A DNA stretch of 59,399 bases from an uncultured Verrucomicrobiota bacterium (GTDB lineage: Bacteria; Verrucomicrobiota; Kiritimatiellia; RFP12; UBA1067): the NCBI GenBank assembly GCA_946610035.1, contig CAMOCC010000005.1:1-59399 (forward strand), written 5' to 3'. Made by a program: the position numbers and the translations under genes. A model generated the notes under the pieces. That model was not told the DNA's origin and did not search any database. It worked only from the letters and a program-made list of their open reading frames with translations. Below, piece after piece: positions 51,515-59,399 of this stretch. Within the stretch, counting starts at the first letter, position 1. Each line of letters opens with the position of its first letter.

Positions 51515-52510
51515 TCAGTCGACCTCGACGCCGATCATCTTTATGACGCGGTCGAGCTCGTCGTTGTCGAAGAAGTCAATCTCCAGAACGCCCTTGACGT
51601 GCTTGCCGTTAGCGTGGGTGACGCCGCTCGTCAGGCGGACGGCGCAGCCGAAATGCTTGCGCAGCTTGTCCGCAAGCGACTTCACATACCCATCCGGCAT
51701 GTCGGGCGTACCGCGAGGCTTTTCAGGCACCGGCGCATTCATCCGTGCGATGCGACGCTCAAGCGCACGGACCGTAAGCTGGTCGTTGACGCAGTCGCGC
51801 GCCAGCAGGACGCGATCCTTCTCGCTGTCTACGGAGAGGAGTAGCTTCGCATGCCCGACTGAAAGGAGCTTCGTCTGTAGGAGGGCCTTCACCTCGTCCG
51901 GCAGTTCGAGGAGTCGCACCGAGTTCGCGACCGTCGCGCGGCCCTTCCCGACCTTCTCCGCGACCTCCTGCTGGGTGAGGCCGAACTTGTCCTGAAGAGT
52001 CTTGTAGCTGACGGCCTCCTCGATCGGATTCAGATCCTCGCGCTGGAGGTTCTCCGTCGTTGCCATGGAGGCGGCGGTGAGGTCGTCCGCATCGATGAGA
52101 GTGACGCGTATCTTCTTCCAGCCGGCGAGAAGCGCGGCCCTCAGTCGACGCTCGCCGCAGATGAGCTCGTATTTGCCCGCCGCGTTCTTGCGAACAGTCG
52201 GGGGCTGTACGAGACCGTTGTTCTTGAGCGACTCGGCGAGGCCCGCAAGCTCCTCCTCCTTGAAGTCGCGGCGCGGCTGATAGGGGCTGCGCTCGATTTC
52301 ATGGATCGGCAGCTCAAGCGGCGCGGAGGGACTCACGGGCTCCACCTTCGGCACCACCGGGGCGACGGCCGGAGCCGCCGCCTTGATGGGTGCCACCGGC
52401 TTTGCCGGGATGAGCGAGTCGAGGCCGCGGCCGAGGCCGTGCTTCTTCTCAACGCGTACGGGGGCCTTCGGGGCCCCCGTCGCTTTCTTCAGGAACGGGT
52501 TCTTTCCCAT
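51515..52510 (-). CDS. parB: ParB/Spo0J family partition protein
   Basis: GLGRGLDSLIP, ENLQREDLNPIEEA, and HTH LTQQEVAEKVGKGRATVANSVRLLELP. Confidence 0.9.
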   Translation of the reverse strand: MGKNPFLKKATGAPKAPVRVEKKHGLGRGLDSLIPAKPVAPIKAAAPAVAPVVPKVEPVSPSAPLELPIHEIERSPYQPRRDFKEEELAGLAESLKNNGLVQPPTVRKNAAGKYELICGERRLRAALLAGWKKIRVTLIDADDLTAASMATTENLQREDLNPIEEAVSYKTLQDKFGLTQQEVAEKVGKGRATVANSVRLLELPDEVKALLQTKLLSVGHAKLLLSVDSEKDRVLLARDCVNDQLTVRALERRIARMNAPVPEKPRGTPDMPDGYVKSLADKLRKHFGCAVRLTSGVTHANGKHVKGVLEIDFFDNDELDRVIKMIGVEVD

Positions 52511-52521
52511 TTCAGGGGTTA

Positions 52522-53229
52522 TCAGAAGTACCCGTTGACGATCGGGAGAACCTTGATCTGGTTCGACATTATGATGTTGACGAGACCGATCTGGAAGCCC
52601 GACGGGCAGTAGTCCACGAAGTTGACGAGCGCAATCTGCGCGCCGTGGAGCTCTTCAGTGTAGTTGAAGATGAACGCCAGCTGGCAGCCGTAGGCGGTCT
52701 TGGCGATGTTCGTGAGACCGGCGATGTTGAGGCCGTAGCTCTCCTCCGTCGCAACGTTCGCAAGGCCGGAGATCTGGCAGCCGCAGACAGTGCGCTGGAA
52801 GGAGCCGAGGAACTCGGCGTCAAAGCCGTGGAGGCTGTCGCGGAAGCCGACAAGACCAAGGTCGGCTCCATAGACGCCGGACTTGGCGAAGTTGAGGCCG
52901 AGCGTCGCGCGAAGGCCGTAGACGTCGCCAAACGCAACGTTGGCGAGGCCGCCGACCACGAGCGCCTTCGTCTCGTTGCGGACGAGCGTCGCGAGGCCGC
53001 CGATGTCGAGGCCGACCATCTGCGGGGCGTCGGAGTAGAACAGGTTCAGGTCAAGGCCGTAGACATCCCAGCGGTTGATGCCCCAGGGAAGCTGTACGGG
53101 CGTTGCAAGGCCGAGCGCAATCGGCGTCATGCCGATGGGGCCTTCCTCCTCTTCGATGTCCTGCGCAAAAGCGGGAGTGCCTGCTGCAAGCGCGAGAGCC
53201 GCGATACCAATCTTTATCGTACGATTCAT
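52522..53229 (-). CDS. Secreted Gly-rich repeat protein (GL.N[IV]A....YG-type periodic repeats; possibly LA_2272-like surface repeat family)
   Basis: Signal peptide MNRTIKIGIAALALAAGTPAFA. Repeats include GGLANVAFGDVYGL, SGLANVATEESYGLNIAGLTNIAKTAYG and GFQIGLVNII. The family name is recalled from memory. Confidence 0.7.
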   Translation of the reverse strand: MNRTIKIGIAALALAAGTPAFAQDIEEEEGPIGMTPIALGLATPVQLPWGINRWDVYGLDLNLFYSDAPQMVGLDIGGLATLVRNETKALVVGGLANVAFGDVYGLRATLGLNFAKSGVYGADLGLVGFRDSLHGFDAEFLGSFQRTVCGCQISGLANVATEESYGLNIAGLTNIAKTAYGCQLAFIFNYTEELHGAQIALVNFVDYCPSGFQIGLVNIIMSNQIKVLPIVNGYF

Positions 53230-53298
53230 TGTTTCTCCTTGTTTTTAGAAAGCTATTTTCGATGTGAGTGATATTTTACCCTTTATGACCCCGAGAAG

Positions 53299-54177
53299 TC
53301 AAGCCCCGACAGACGTTTTCTCTGAGGAATTTACGGACGGTGCATCCCGCTCGTACTTGGCCCGGACCCTCAGAAACGCAACCCCCGTCAATGGAACGGT
53401 GAGGATGTAGAGCGCTCCGAGCACTCCGAGCGTAGCCCAGAGGTCGATGAAGAGCGACGCCACCAGGAGGAGCGCACAGGCGAAGACCGGCCTTTGCGCG
53501 CGCTTGGAGATGTGGACGGACTTAAGCGAGATCGTCGGGAGGCGCGACGCCATGAGCGTGCCCACGAAGAGCAGCATCGCCATGCCGAAGGCGGGCGAGC
53601 TGAAGAACGAGTAGGCGCACGGCCATCTATCGGCGACCTTGAACGAGTCGAGGAGGATGTAGGGCGTCAGGACCATCCAGCATCCGCCCGGCGCGGGCAC
53701 CCCTGTGAAGAAGTGCTTCCAGTACGGTATGGGCTCGTCCTCCAGCATCGTGTTGAAGCGCGCCAGCCGGAAGCAGTCGCACATTGCATAGAAGAGCGAA
53801 CATCCGAGTACGCAGCGCACTACGCGCGGATCCACGTTCATGTGGGTGGGCCCGCCCGTTAGCCAGAAGAACATGAACATCGCCGGCGCCACGCCGAAGT
53901 TCACGAAGTCCGCAAGCGAATCGAGCTCCGCCCCGAGCTTGGAACTCGCCTTTAGGAGCCTCGCGATGCGCCCGTCCATTCCGTCGCACACGCATGCGAC
54001 GAGCAAGGCGACCAGCGCCTCGCGAAAGCGCCCTTCGCTCGAAAGCGTGATCGAGGTTATGCCCGCGCACGCTGCGAGCGACGTGACGAGATTCGGCACA
54101 ATCGCCCGGATGGGGACGGTGCGCGGACGCCCCTCGCGATTCCTGCGGCGGCGCCCCCTAAGTCTGAACTTGCCCAT
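53299..54177 (-). CDS. pssA: CDP-diacylglycerol--serine O-phosphatidyltransferase
   Basis: CDP-alcohol phosphatidyltransferase motif DGMDGRIARLLKASSKLGAELDSLAD, with multiple TM helices. Confidence 0.85.
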   Translation of the reverse strand: MGKFRLRGRRRRNREGRPRTVPIRAIVPNLVTSLAACAGITSITLSSEGRFREALVALLVACVCDGMDGRIARLLKASSKLGAELDSLADFVNFGVAPAMFMFFWLTGGPTHMNVDPRVVRCVLGCSLFYAMCDCFRLARFNTMLEDEPIPYWKHFFTGVPAPGGCWMVLTPYILLDSFKVADRWPCAYSFFSSPAFGMAMLLFVGTLMASRLPTISLKSVHISKRAQRPVFACALLLVASLFIDLWATLGVLGALYILTVPLTGVAFLRVRAKYERDAPSVNSSEKTSVGA

Positions 54178-54193
54178 GACAGGTCTCCTCGCG

Positions 54194-54769
54194 TTAACTC
54201 ACGGAGATGTGTATCGCCCCGGCATGAGCCTGGTTCTCGGGACGCGGCTTCGGACCGTTCTTGCGCGGCGGCCCGATCAACGCGCCGAGCACTCGTCCGA
54301 GCGTCTTCGGCGACTGCTCGACGAAGCACTCCTCCTTCAGCGCCTCGAGAACGCGGTTGATCACGTCCTCGCCGAGCTCGCGGTGGGCATTCTCGCGCCC
54401 GCGATACTGAAGTGTGAGCTTCACCTTGCAGCCGTCGGCAAGAAAACCGCGTATCTGCTTCAGCTTGTAGTCGAAATCGTTCGTATCGGTGCCGGGATGG
54501 AACTTGATCTCCTTCACCTTCTGCACCTTCTGGGACTTGCGGGCCTGCTTGGCCTTTATGGACTCCTCGTACTTGTACTTGCCGTAGTCCATTATCTTGC
54601 AGACGGGCGGCACGGCGTTGGGGGTGATCTCGACTAGATCAAGTCCCCTTTCGTCGGCCATCCTCTGCGCGTCGCGCGTCGCCATGACGCCGAGCTGATT
54701 TCCCATAGCATCAAGAACGCGGACCTGAGGAACGCGTATCTTGAAGTTGACACGTGTGAACTGTGCGAT
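54194..54769 (-). CDS. infC: Translation initiation factor IF-3, with predicted non-canonical AUC start
   Basis: The tracked ORF starts at MGNQLGVM (54706), but the conserved IF-3 N-terminus VNFKIRVPQVRVLDA lies in frame upstream. The frame opens after a TGA stop at 54800-54802. ATC at 54769 sits 6 nt after SD AGAGG. There is no ATG, GTG or TTG between that stop and 54706. Confidence 0.85.
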   Translation of the reverse strand: MAQFTRVNFKIRVPQVRVLDAMGNQLGVMATRDAQRMADERGLDLVEITPNAVPPVCKIMDYGKYKYEESIKAKQARKSQKVQKVKEIKFHPGTDTNDFDYKLKQIRGFLADGCKVKLTLQYRGRENAHRELGEDVINRVLEALKEECFVEQSPKTLGRVLGALIGPPRKNGPKPRPENQAHAGAIHISVS

Positions 54770-54803
54770 AACCCACCTCTTTTTTTTGGTTGATGATATT
54801 CAT

Positions 54804-54812
54804 ATTGTACCA
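54804..54812 (-). promoter_or_regulatory. Extended -10 (TGGTACAAT on - strand) upstream of infC
   Basis: The + strand reads ATTGTACCA. A 34-nt leader contains an A8 run and the SD. Confidence 0.55.
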
Positions 54813-54858
54813 CAACGAAGGGTGTCTTGGCAAGCCTACAGACCCGGTGAAGTGAAGT

Positions 54859-55569
54859 TCAACCTCCAAGTGTGCGCAGGGCGTTGTCCGTCGTGAGGCG
54901 TGCGAAGTCCTCAACCTGCGTGTTGCGAAGGTCGGCTAGGAACCGCGCGGTGTGGACGATGAACGCAGGCTCGTTCGCATTCCCGCGCATCGGCACCGGG
55001 GCAAGGAATGGCGAATCCGTCTCTATGAGGATTCTGTCGTCGGGGACGACGAGCGCCGATTCACGGACGTTTTCGGCAGCCCGGAATGTGACGATTCCCG
55101 AAATGGAGATCATGAACCCCAGGTCGAGCAGGTCGCGGCAGAAACGGGGCGTGCCGGTAAAGCAGTGGATTATCCCCCTGGACGGGATTTCGCGCAGGAG
55201 TCCGAGCGTGTCGTCGTCCGCATCGCGCGTGTGTATGACGACAGGCAGACCGAGGCTGCGGGCAAGCTCGAGCTGACGCGCGAAGAGTTCGCACTGCGCT
55301 GCGCGCGTCTCTGGCGAATAGTGGTAGTCGAGTCCGATTTCCCCTACTGCGGCAACGCCGGTGTAGTCGAGCTTCGGAAGGTCGCGCCCGGCCTGGTCGC
55401 GATCCCAGCCGATTGCGCGGTAGCGGAAGCCCTCCGTGCCCTTGTTGAGCGATTCGCTGCCGCCGACGGACATGATGCGCGTAACGCCTGCGTCGTGCGC
55501 CCGCTCGACGGCGGCGCGCGTTTCGTCCGGCGTGCCCTCGAAGTGCGCGTGTGTGTCGAAGAGTTCCAT
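54859..55569 (-). CDS. tatD: TatD family metal-dependent hydrolase/DNase
   Basis: FDTHAH, GEIGLDYHY, VIHTRDA, IIHCFTG, LIETDSPFLAP. The start is MELFDTHAH at 55569. Confidence 0.88.
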   Translation of the reverse strand: MELFDTHAHFEGTPDETRAAVERAHDAGVTRIMSVGGSESLNKGTEGFRYRAIGWDRDQAGRDLPKLDYTGVAAVGEIGLDYHYSPETRAAQCELFARQLELARSLGLPVVIHTRDADDDTLGLLREIPSRGIIHCFTGTPRFCRDLLDLGFMISISGIVTFRAAENVRESALVVPDDRILIETDSPFLAPVPMRGNANEPAFIVHTARFLADLRNTQVEDFARLTTDNALRTLGG

Positions 55570-55573
55570 CGCG

Positions 55574-56626
55574 TCAGCGGCAGAGCTCGAGGACGAGCAT
55601 GGCGAACGAGGTGCAGAGGACGGGATCCGCCTCCCAGAAGCGGTTGTTCGCGTTGTACCAGCTTCCATCCTCCTTCTGAAGCGAGACGAGCCTCGCCGAA
55701 AGCTCGGCCTTCCAGTCGTGTCCGCCCACGTCGTCCACCTTCGCGGCAGAGAGGGCCCGCGCCATGATGTCGTAGAAGTAGTAGAGCCCCTGATTGCCCA
55801 TCCCGGGGTTCTCGTCGACGGTCCAGTTCTTCCGGCAGTAGTCGAGCGACTGCTGTACGCGGGGATCGCCGCGGTCGAGCTTCGCGTGGCACATGGAGAG
55901 AACAGCCGCATACGTCATGGACCCGTAGGCGCGCAGCATGACGCGCCCCTGCGTGTTGGTCGAGGTCCCGCCCTGCGGCGTCCGCTCGTTGTACGCCGCG
56001 CCGCCGGCGTCGGGCCCTTCCTTCTTCATGAGGTTCTCGACGAACGAAAGCGCCTGCTCCCAGTCGACGTCCGCCTTCGCGCCCGTCGTGCGCAGCTCCT
56101 CCAGCGACTCCGTCCTGCGCATCGCATCGAGCGCGTAGGAGGTGTTCGAGAGGTCCGCATAGCGCCTGCGCGAAATCTTGTCGTATCCGAAGCCGCCCGC
56201 CATGGTGTCGTCCCCTGTGAGCTGTGACGAGGCGATGTAGCTGCGGGCCTTGAGGAGCGCGGGGACGGGCGCCTTGCCGGACTCGAAGAGCGAGGAGAGG
56301 CAGACGGACGTATTGTAGTTGCCGAGGCCCGATCCGCCGCGGCCTGGTTTCGGGACGTAGAAGCCGCCGTCCTCACGCTGTGTGCCGAGGACGAACTTGA
56401 CGCCCTTCGCTACCGCCTCGTCGGGCGCATCCCTGCATCCGACGAGCGCCCAGACGGGAAGCGCAGTCAGGGCGGGCATCTGCGGATCGCTCCAGTGGCC
56501 GTCCTCCGCCTGCTTCGAAAGGAGGAACTTCGCGCCCTTCTCGATCGCCGCCTCAAGTGCGGGATTCTCCGCGGCGAAAAGACCGGTGGCGAGCGCCGCC
56601 GCGACGACTAGGATAAGCCTCTTCAT
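55574..56626 (-). CDS. Secreted prenyltransferase/squalene-oxidase-repeat (terpenoid cyclase-fold) protein
   Basis: Start MKRLILVVAALATGLFA (56626, SD GGAGA). Repeated QxxDGxW-like motifs: SKQAEDGHWSD, GTQREDGGFYVP, SLQKEDGSWYN. Confidence 0.7.
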   Translation of the reverse strand: MKRLILVVAAALATGLFAAENPALEAAIEKGAKFLLSKQAEDGHWSDPQMPALTALPVWALVGCRDAPDEAVAKGVKFVLGTQREDGGFYVPKPGRGGSGLGNYNTSVCLSSLFESGKAPVPALLKARSYIASSQLTGDDTMAGGFGYDKISRRRYADLSNTSYALDAMRRTESLEELRTTGAKADVDWEQALSFVENLMKKEGPDAGGAAYNERTPQGGTSTNTQGRVMLRAYGSMTYAAVLSMCHAKLDRGDPRVQQSLDYCRKNWTVDENPGMGNQGLYYFYDIMARALSAAKVDDVGGHDWKAELSARLVSLQKEDGSWYNANNRFWEADPVLCTSFAMLVLELCR

Positions 56627-56658
56627 TTTGCATTCTCCATTTTCCATTTTACACTCTC

Positions 56659-57564
56659 TTAAACGGCGTAGTCCGGCGGAAGGTTCATGAGCGCGTTGAT
56701 GCGGTCGTCCATTGACGGATGCGAGGCGAAGAGCGACGTCTTGCCGCCGGCAATGCCGAACGCCTTGATGGAGTCGGGCAGTATGCCGGGCTGGAGGTTC
56801 CCGAGCCTGCGCAGAGCCGCGATCATGGGTCCGGGGGAGCCGAGGAGCCTGGCGGACCCCGCATCGGCCGCGTATTCGCGCCTCCTGCTGTACCACATGA
56901 GGATCATGGACGCCCCGATGCCGAAGACGAGCTGGAAGAGCTGCACTATAATGTGGTAGAGCGCGTAGCCGCCGCGTCCCCTGCGGCTGTCCTTCCCCCC
57001 GTTCATCGCACCTTGGACGACGGACGCGAGGATGTGCGAGAAGAAGATGACGAAGGTGTTGATGATGCCCTGTGTGAGGCACATCGTCACCATGTCCCCG
57101 TTTGCGACGTGGCTCATTTCGTGTCCGAGCACGGCCCTCAGCTCCTCGCGCGACATCTGCTCCATGATGCGCGTCGAAACGGCGACAAGCGCATGGTTCT
57201 TGCGCGCACCGGTTGCGAAGGCGTTCGCCTCGCCGGGATAGATCGCGACTTCCGGCGGCTTCAGCCCCGCACGCCGGGCGAGGTCGCGGACGGTCGAGAC
57301 GAGCCACCTCTCGGCATCGCCCTCCGTCCCGTCGATGGTGCGGCACTTCATGGAGACCTTGACCATCGTCTTGGACATGAACAGCGATATGAGCGCGCCA
57401 GCCATGCCGAAGATGAAGGCGAAGACGAAAAGCGAACCGTAGCCGCCGCCCTGGGTTAGTTCCATTATGTCGACGTTGCAGAAGGCGCACACGACGAATG
57501 CAACCGCCGTAAGCATCGAAACTGCCGCAAGGTTGACGAGTAGGAATAGAATTGTCCGTTTCAT
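56659..57564 (-). CDS. htpX: Zinc metalloprotease HtpX (M48)
   Basis: HEMSHVANGDMVTM and four TM segments. 301 aa. Confidence 0.9.
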   Translation of the reverse strand: MKRTILFLLVNLAAVSMLTAVAFVVCAFCNVDIMELTQGGGYGSLFVFAFIFGMAGALISLFMSKTMVKVSMKCRTIDGTEGDAERWLVSTVRDLARRAGLKPPEVAIYPGEANAFATGARKNHALVAVSTRIMEQMSREELRAVLGHEMSHVANGDMVTMCLTQGIINTFVIFFSHILASVVQGAMNGGKDSRRGRGGYALYHIIVQLFQLVFGIGASMILMWYSRRREYAADAGSARLLGSPGPMIAALRRLGNLQPGILPDSIKAFGIAGGKTSLFASHPSMDDRINALMNLPPDYAV

Positions 57565-57589
57565 GTCAATGTCTCCTGAAAGTCGTCGA

Positions 57590-59122
57590 CTAGAAGAAGA
57601 GGTCGCGTTCGCCGCGGCACGTCGCCTCGTACTGCTTCATGACCGTCGGGTAGAACTTCGGCAGCCACTCCTTGATGCCTGCGAGCTCCTTCTCGATAAG
57701 CCTGTCGCCTATTGCGCGCGTCTCGTCCGAGGCGAAGTCGTCCAGCCACTCGCGGAAGGTCAGCACCGCGTTTATCTTGCAGAACTTCCCTTCGCGGCCC
57801 GTCTTCAGCGCGTCCATGATGCACCCGCCCGTCCTGCCGCAGCGGTAGCCCGCCGTGCAGAAGCTCGTGATCGTGTCGCGGGAGGCGAGGTAGCGGACCA
57901 TCTCGTCCAGCGAGCGGTTGTCGCCGAGCATGAACTGCTGGCGGCTCTCTTCCTGGTGGGCCTCGTTCTCGAAGTCGCTGTAGCCCTTGATTGCGATGTT
58001 GGACGAGCAGTCGAGCTGGGTCATGCCGTGGTCGAGGACGCGGTTGCGGCTCTCCGGACTCTCGCGCGCGGTGATGATGATCCCCGTGTAGGGCACGGAA
58101 AGGCGGGCTATGACGATGATGCGGGCGAAAGTCTCGTCGTCGATGAGCCAGGGCGACTCCTCGGGGACCTTTGTGCCGCTCGCGGGTTCGAGGCGCGGGA
58201 AGGAGAGCGTGTGCGGACCGATGTTGAACCAGCGTTCGAGGTCGCGCGCGTGCATCACGGTCGCGAGAAGCTCGTAGCGCCAGTCGCAGAGTCCGTAGAG
58301 CACGCCCAGACCGACGTCGTCCACGCCGGCCTCGAGGCAGCGGTGGAAGCAGGTCGTGCGCCAGTCGTAGTTCCCCTTCACGCTCCATGCGGGATGCATC
58401 TGCTCGTAGAGCCTGCGGTTGTACGTCTCCTGGAAGACCTGGAAGGTGCCGATGCCGACGGAGCGCAGGACCTTGAGGTCCGCGACGGGAAGCGGCGCGG
58501 CGTTCACGTTCACGCGGCGGATGGCGTTCTTCCTGCCGGTCTTCGGGGCCGGGACGGCGTGGGAGTAGCACGTCTCGATCGTCTCGGCTATGTACTCGGT
58601 CGACGTGGTCGGATGTTCGCCGTAGACGGCGATGAGGCGCTTGTGGCCTATGCGACCGGCGAGGACGTCGAGCTCCTCGCCAAGCTCGTCCATGGTTAGG
58701 ACGCGGCGCTTCTGGAGGTCGTTGCCGTTCCTGAAGCCGCAGTACTTGCAGCCGTTGACGCAGAGGTTGGACATGTAGAGCGGGGCGAAGACGACGATCC
58801 TGTTGTCGTAGACCTTCTTCTTGATGCGGTCCGCCGCCGCGCGCATCTCGGCGAAGAGTTCGGGGTCGGTGACCTGCATGAGGACCGCCGTCTCCTCGGG
58901 GCGGAGCGTCTCGCACGTCGATTCGCTCTTCGCAATGATCTCGCGGACGAGTGAGGGATCGGGGCTCTTGCCGTCCGTATCGGCTATGAGCTTCCGGATG
59001 AGTGCGTCGTCGATGAAGTGCCTCCCTCCGGGGAGGTACTTGTCGATTTCGCCCTGGATCACGAAGTTCCTCGTGTAGTCGGCGCCGTCCTTGAACTTGC
59101 GAATCGTTGAGCAATCTGCCAT
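57590..59122 (-). CDS. hydG: [FeFe]-hydrogenase maturase HydG (radical SAM, ThiH-like)
   Basis: Radical SAM motif CVNGCKYCGFRN. C-terminal HydG-type Cys motif SFCTAGYRCGRTGGCIM...FCKINAVLTFREWLDDF. At 510 aa it is longer than ThiH. Confidence 0.75.
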   Translation of the reverse strand: MADCSTIRKFKDGADYTRNFVIQGEIDKYLPGGRHFIDDALIRKLIADTDGKSPDPSLVREIIAKSESTCETLRPEETAVLMQVTDPELFAEMRAAADRIKKKVYDNRIVVFAPLYMSNLCVNGCKYCGFRNGNDLQKRRVLTMDELGEELDVLAGRIGHKRLIAVYGEHPTTSTEYIAETIETCYSHAVPAPKTGRKNAIRRVNVNAAPLPVADLKVLRSVGIGTFQVFQETYNRRLYEQMHPAWSVKGNYDWRTTCFHRCLEAGVDDVGLGVLYGLCDWRYELLATVMHARDLERWFNIGPHTLSFPRLEPASGTKVPEESPWLIDDETFARIIVIARLSVPYTGIIITARESPESRNRVLDHGMTQLDCSSNIAIKGYSDFENEAHQEESRQQFMLGDNRSLDEMVRYLASRDTITSFCTAGYRCGRTGGCIMDALKTGREGKFCKINAVLTFREWLDDFASDETRAIGDRLIEKELAGIKEWLPKFYPTVMKQYEATCRGERDLFF

Positions 59123-59152
59123 TTACAATACCTTCTTTCTCGTTGGGAAGAT

Positions 59153-59161
59153 ATTATATCA
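59153..59161 (-). promoter_or_regulatory. Extended -10 (TGATATAAT on - strand) upstream of hydG
   Basis: The + strand reads ATTATATCA. A 30-nt leader carries a GAAGG SD. Confidence 0.55.
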
Positions 59162-59399
59162 AATTTACGGCCCGAATGACGTAAGAATTTAGGCCCCTCA
59201 CCGTGTGGGGGTGCGGATAAATTCTGTTAGGTTGGTTCAACCGCTGAACACTCGGAAACGCACCTTGTGCGGCACGGAAATGGCTGTAGAATGGATGTTT
59301 CACGCATTTCAGCCGATGATTGCCCATCCGAAAATATCGGTATCATGGAAGATGGACACATGCCAGCGAGATGCCCTGAGGTTTCCTTCGTGCTGATTT

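Noticed and set aside
59211-59215. GTGCG following a small hairpin, reminiscent of a class C group II intron 5' end
   Set aside because: Only 190 nt follow before the window ends. I see no recognisable domain I features or EBS-like pairing, and the 5-mer is common in high-GC DNA.
59296-59311. parS-like sequence TGTTTCACGCATTTCA
   Set aside because: Only the left half matches TGTTTCACGTGAAACA (11 of 16 positions), and the site is not palindromic.

Overview
59.4-kb high-GC chromosomal segment (sampled 60-nt lines are about 60-65% GC, with local dips to 42-55%). All calls come from reading the translations and DNA by eye; no database search was run. I call 52 CDS and one tRNA. Gene content is mostly housekeeping: rpmH-rnpA-yidD-yidC, thrS, tyrS, infC, lpxA, waaA, an LptF/G-type permease, serC, argF, trmB, tex, parB, pssA, htpX, tatD. 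Also present are a gspG-H-I-J-K-like pseudopilin operon, the carboxynorspermidine polyamine pathway, HydG (which implies an anaerobe with [FeFe]-hydrogenase), and scattered pectin/glycan-degrading enzymes (GH78, two GH97, a GH97-GH43 fusion, GH35, CE12). Pseudopilin abundance, glycoside hydrolase richness and high GC suggest a PVC-superphylum anaerobe (Lentisphaerota, Kiritimatiellota or Verrucomicrobiota-like); this is inference only. Every gene from 309 to 29614 is on the + strand and every gene from 29626 to 59122 is on the - strand. I saw no cas genes, CRISPR array, integrase, transposase, rRNA or recognisable defence system, and no clear new multi-gene system. The most unusual signals are: (1) a composite hairpin-repeat element present twice (1621-1837 and 9296-9478); (2) a consensus promoter driving a ~140-nt structured RNA that ends in an intrinsic terminator, upstream of an orphan 3-gene cassette; (3) two large structured intergenic regions that share a sequence module; (4) extended -10 promoters (TGnTAnAAT) used throughout, several butted against ATG codons (leaderless arrangement); (5) a non-canonical AUC start for infC; (6) unusual fusions (WaaA plus ~400 aa; GH97-GH43) and decorated pseudopilins; (7) an uncharacterised secreted-protein/coiled-coil membrane-protein pair with a GC dip next to the strand switch.
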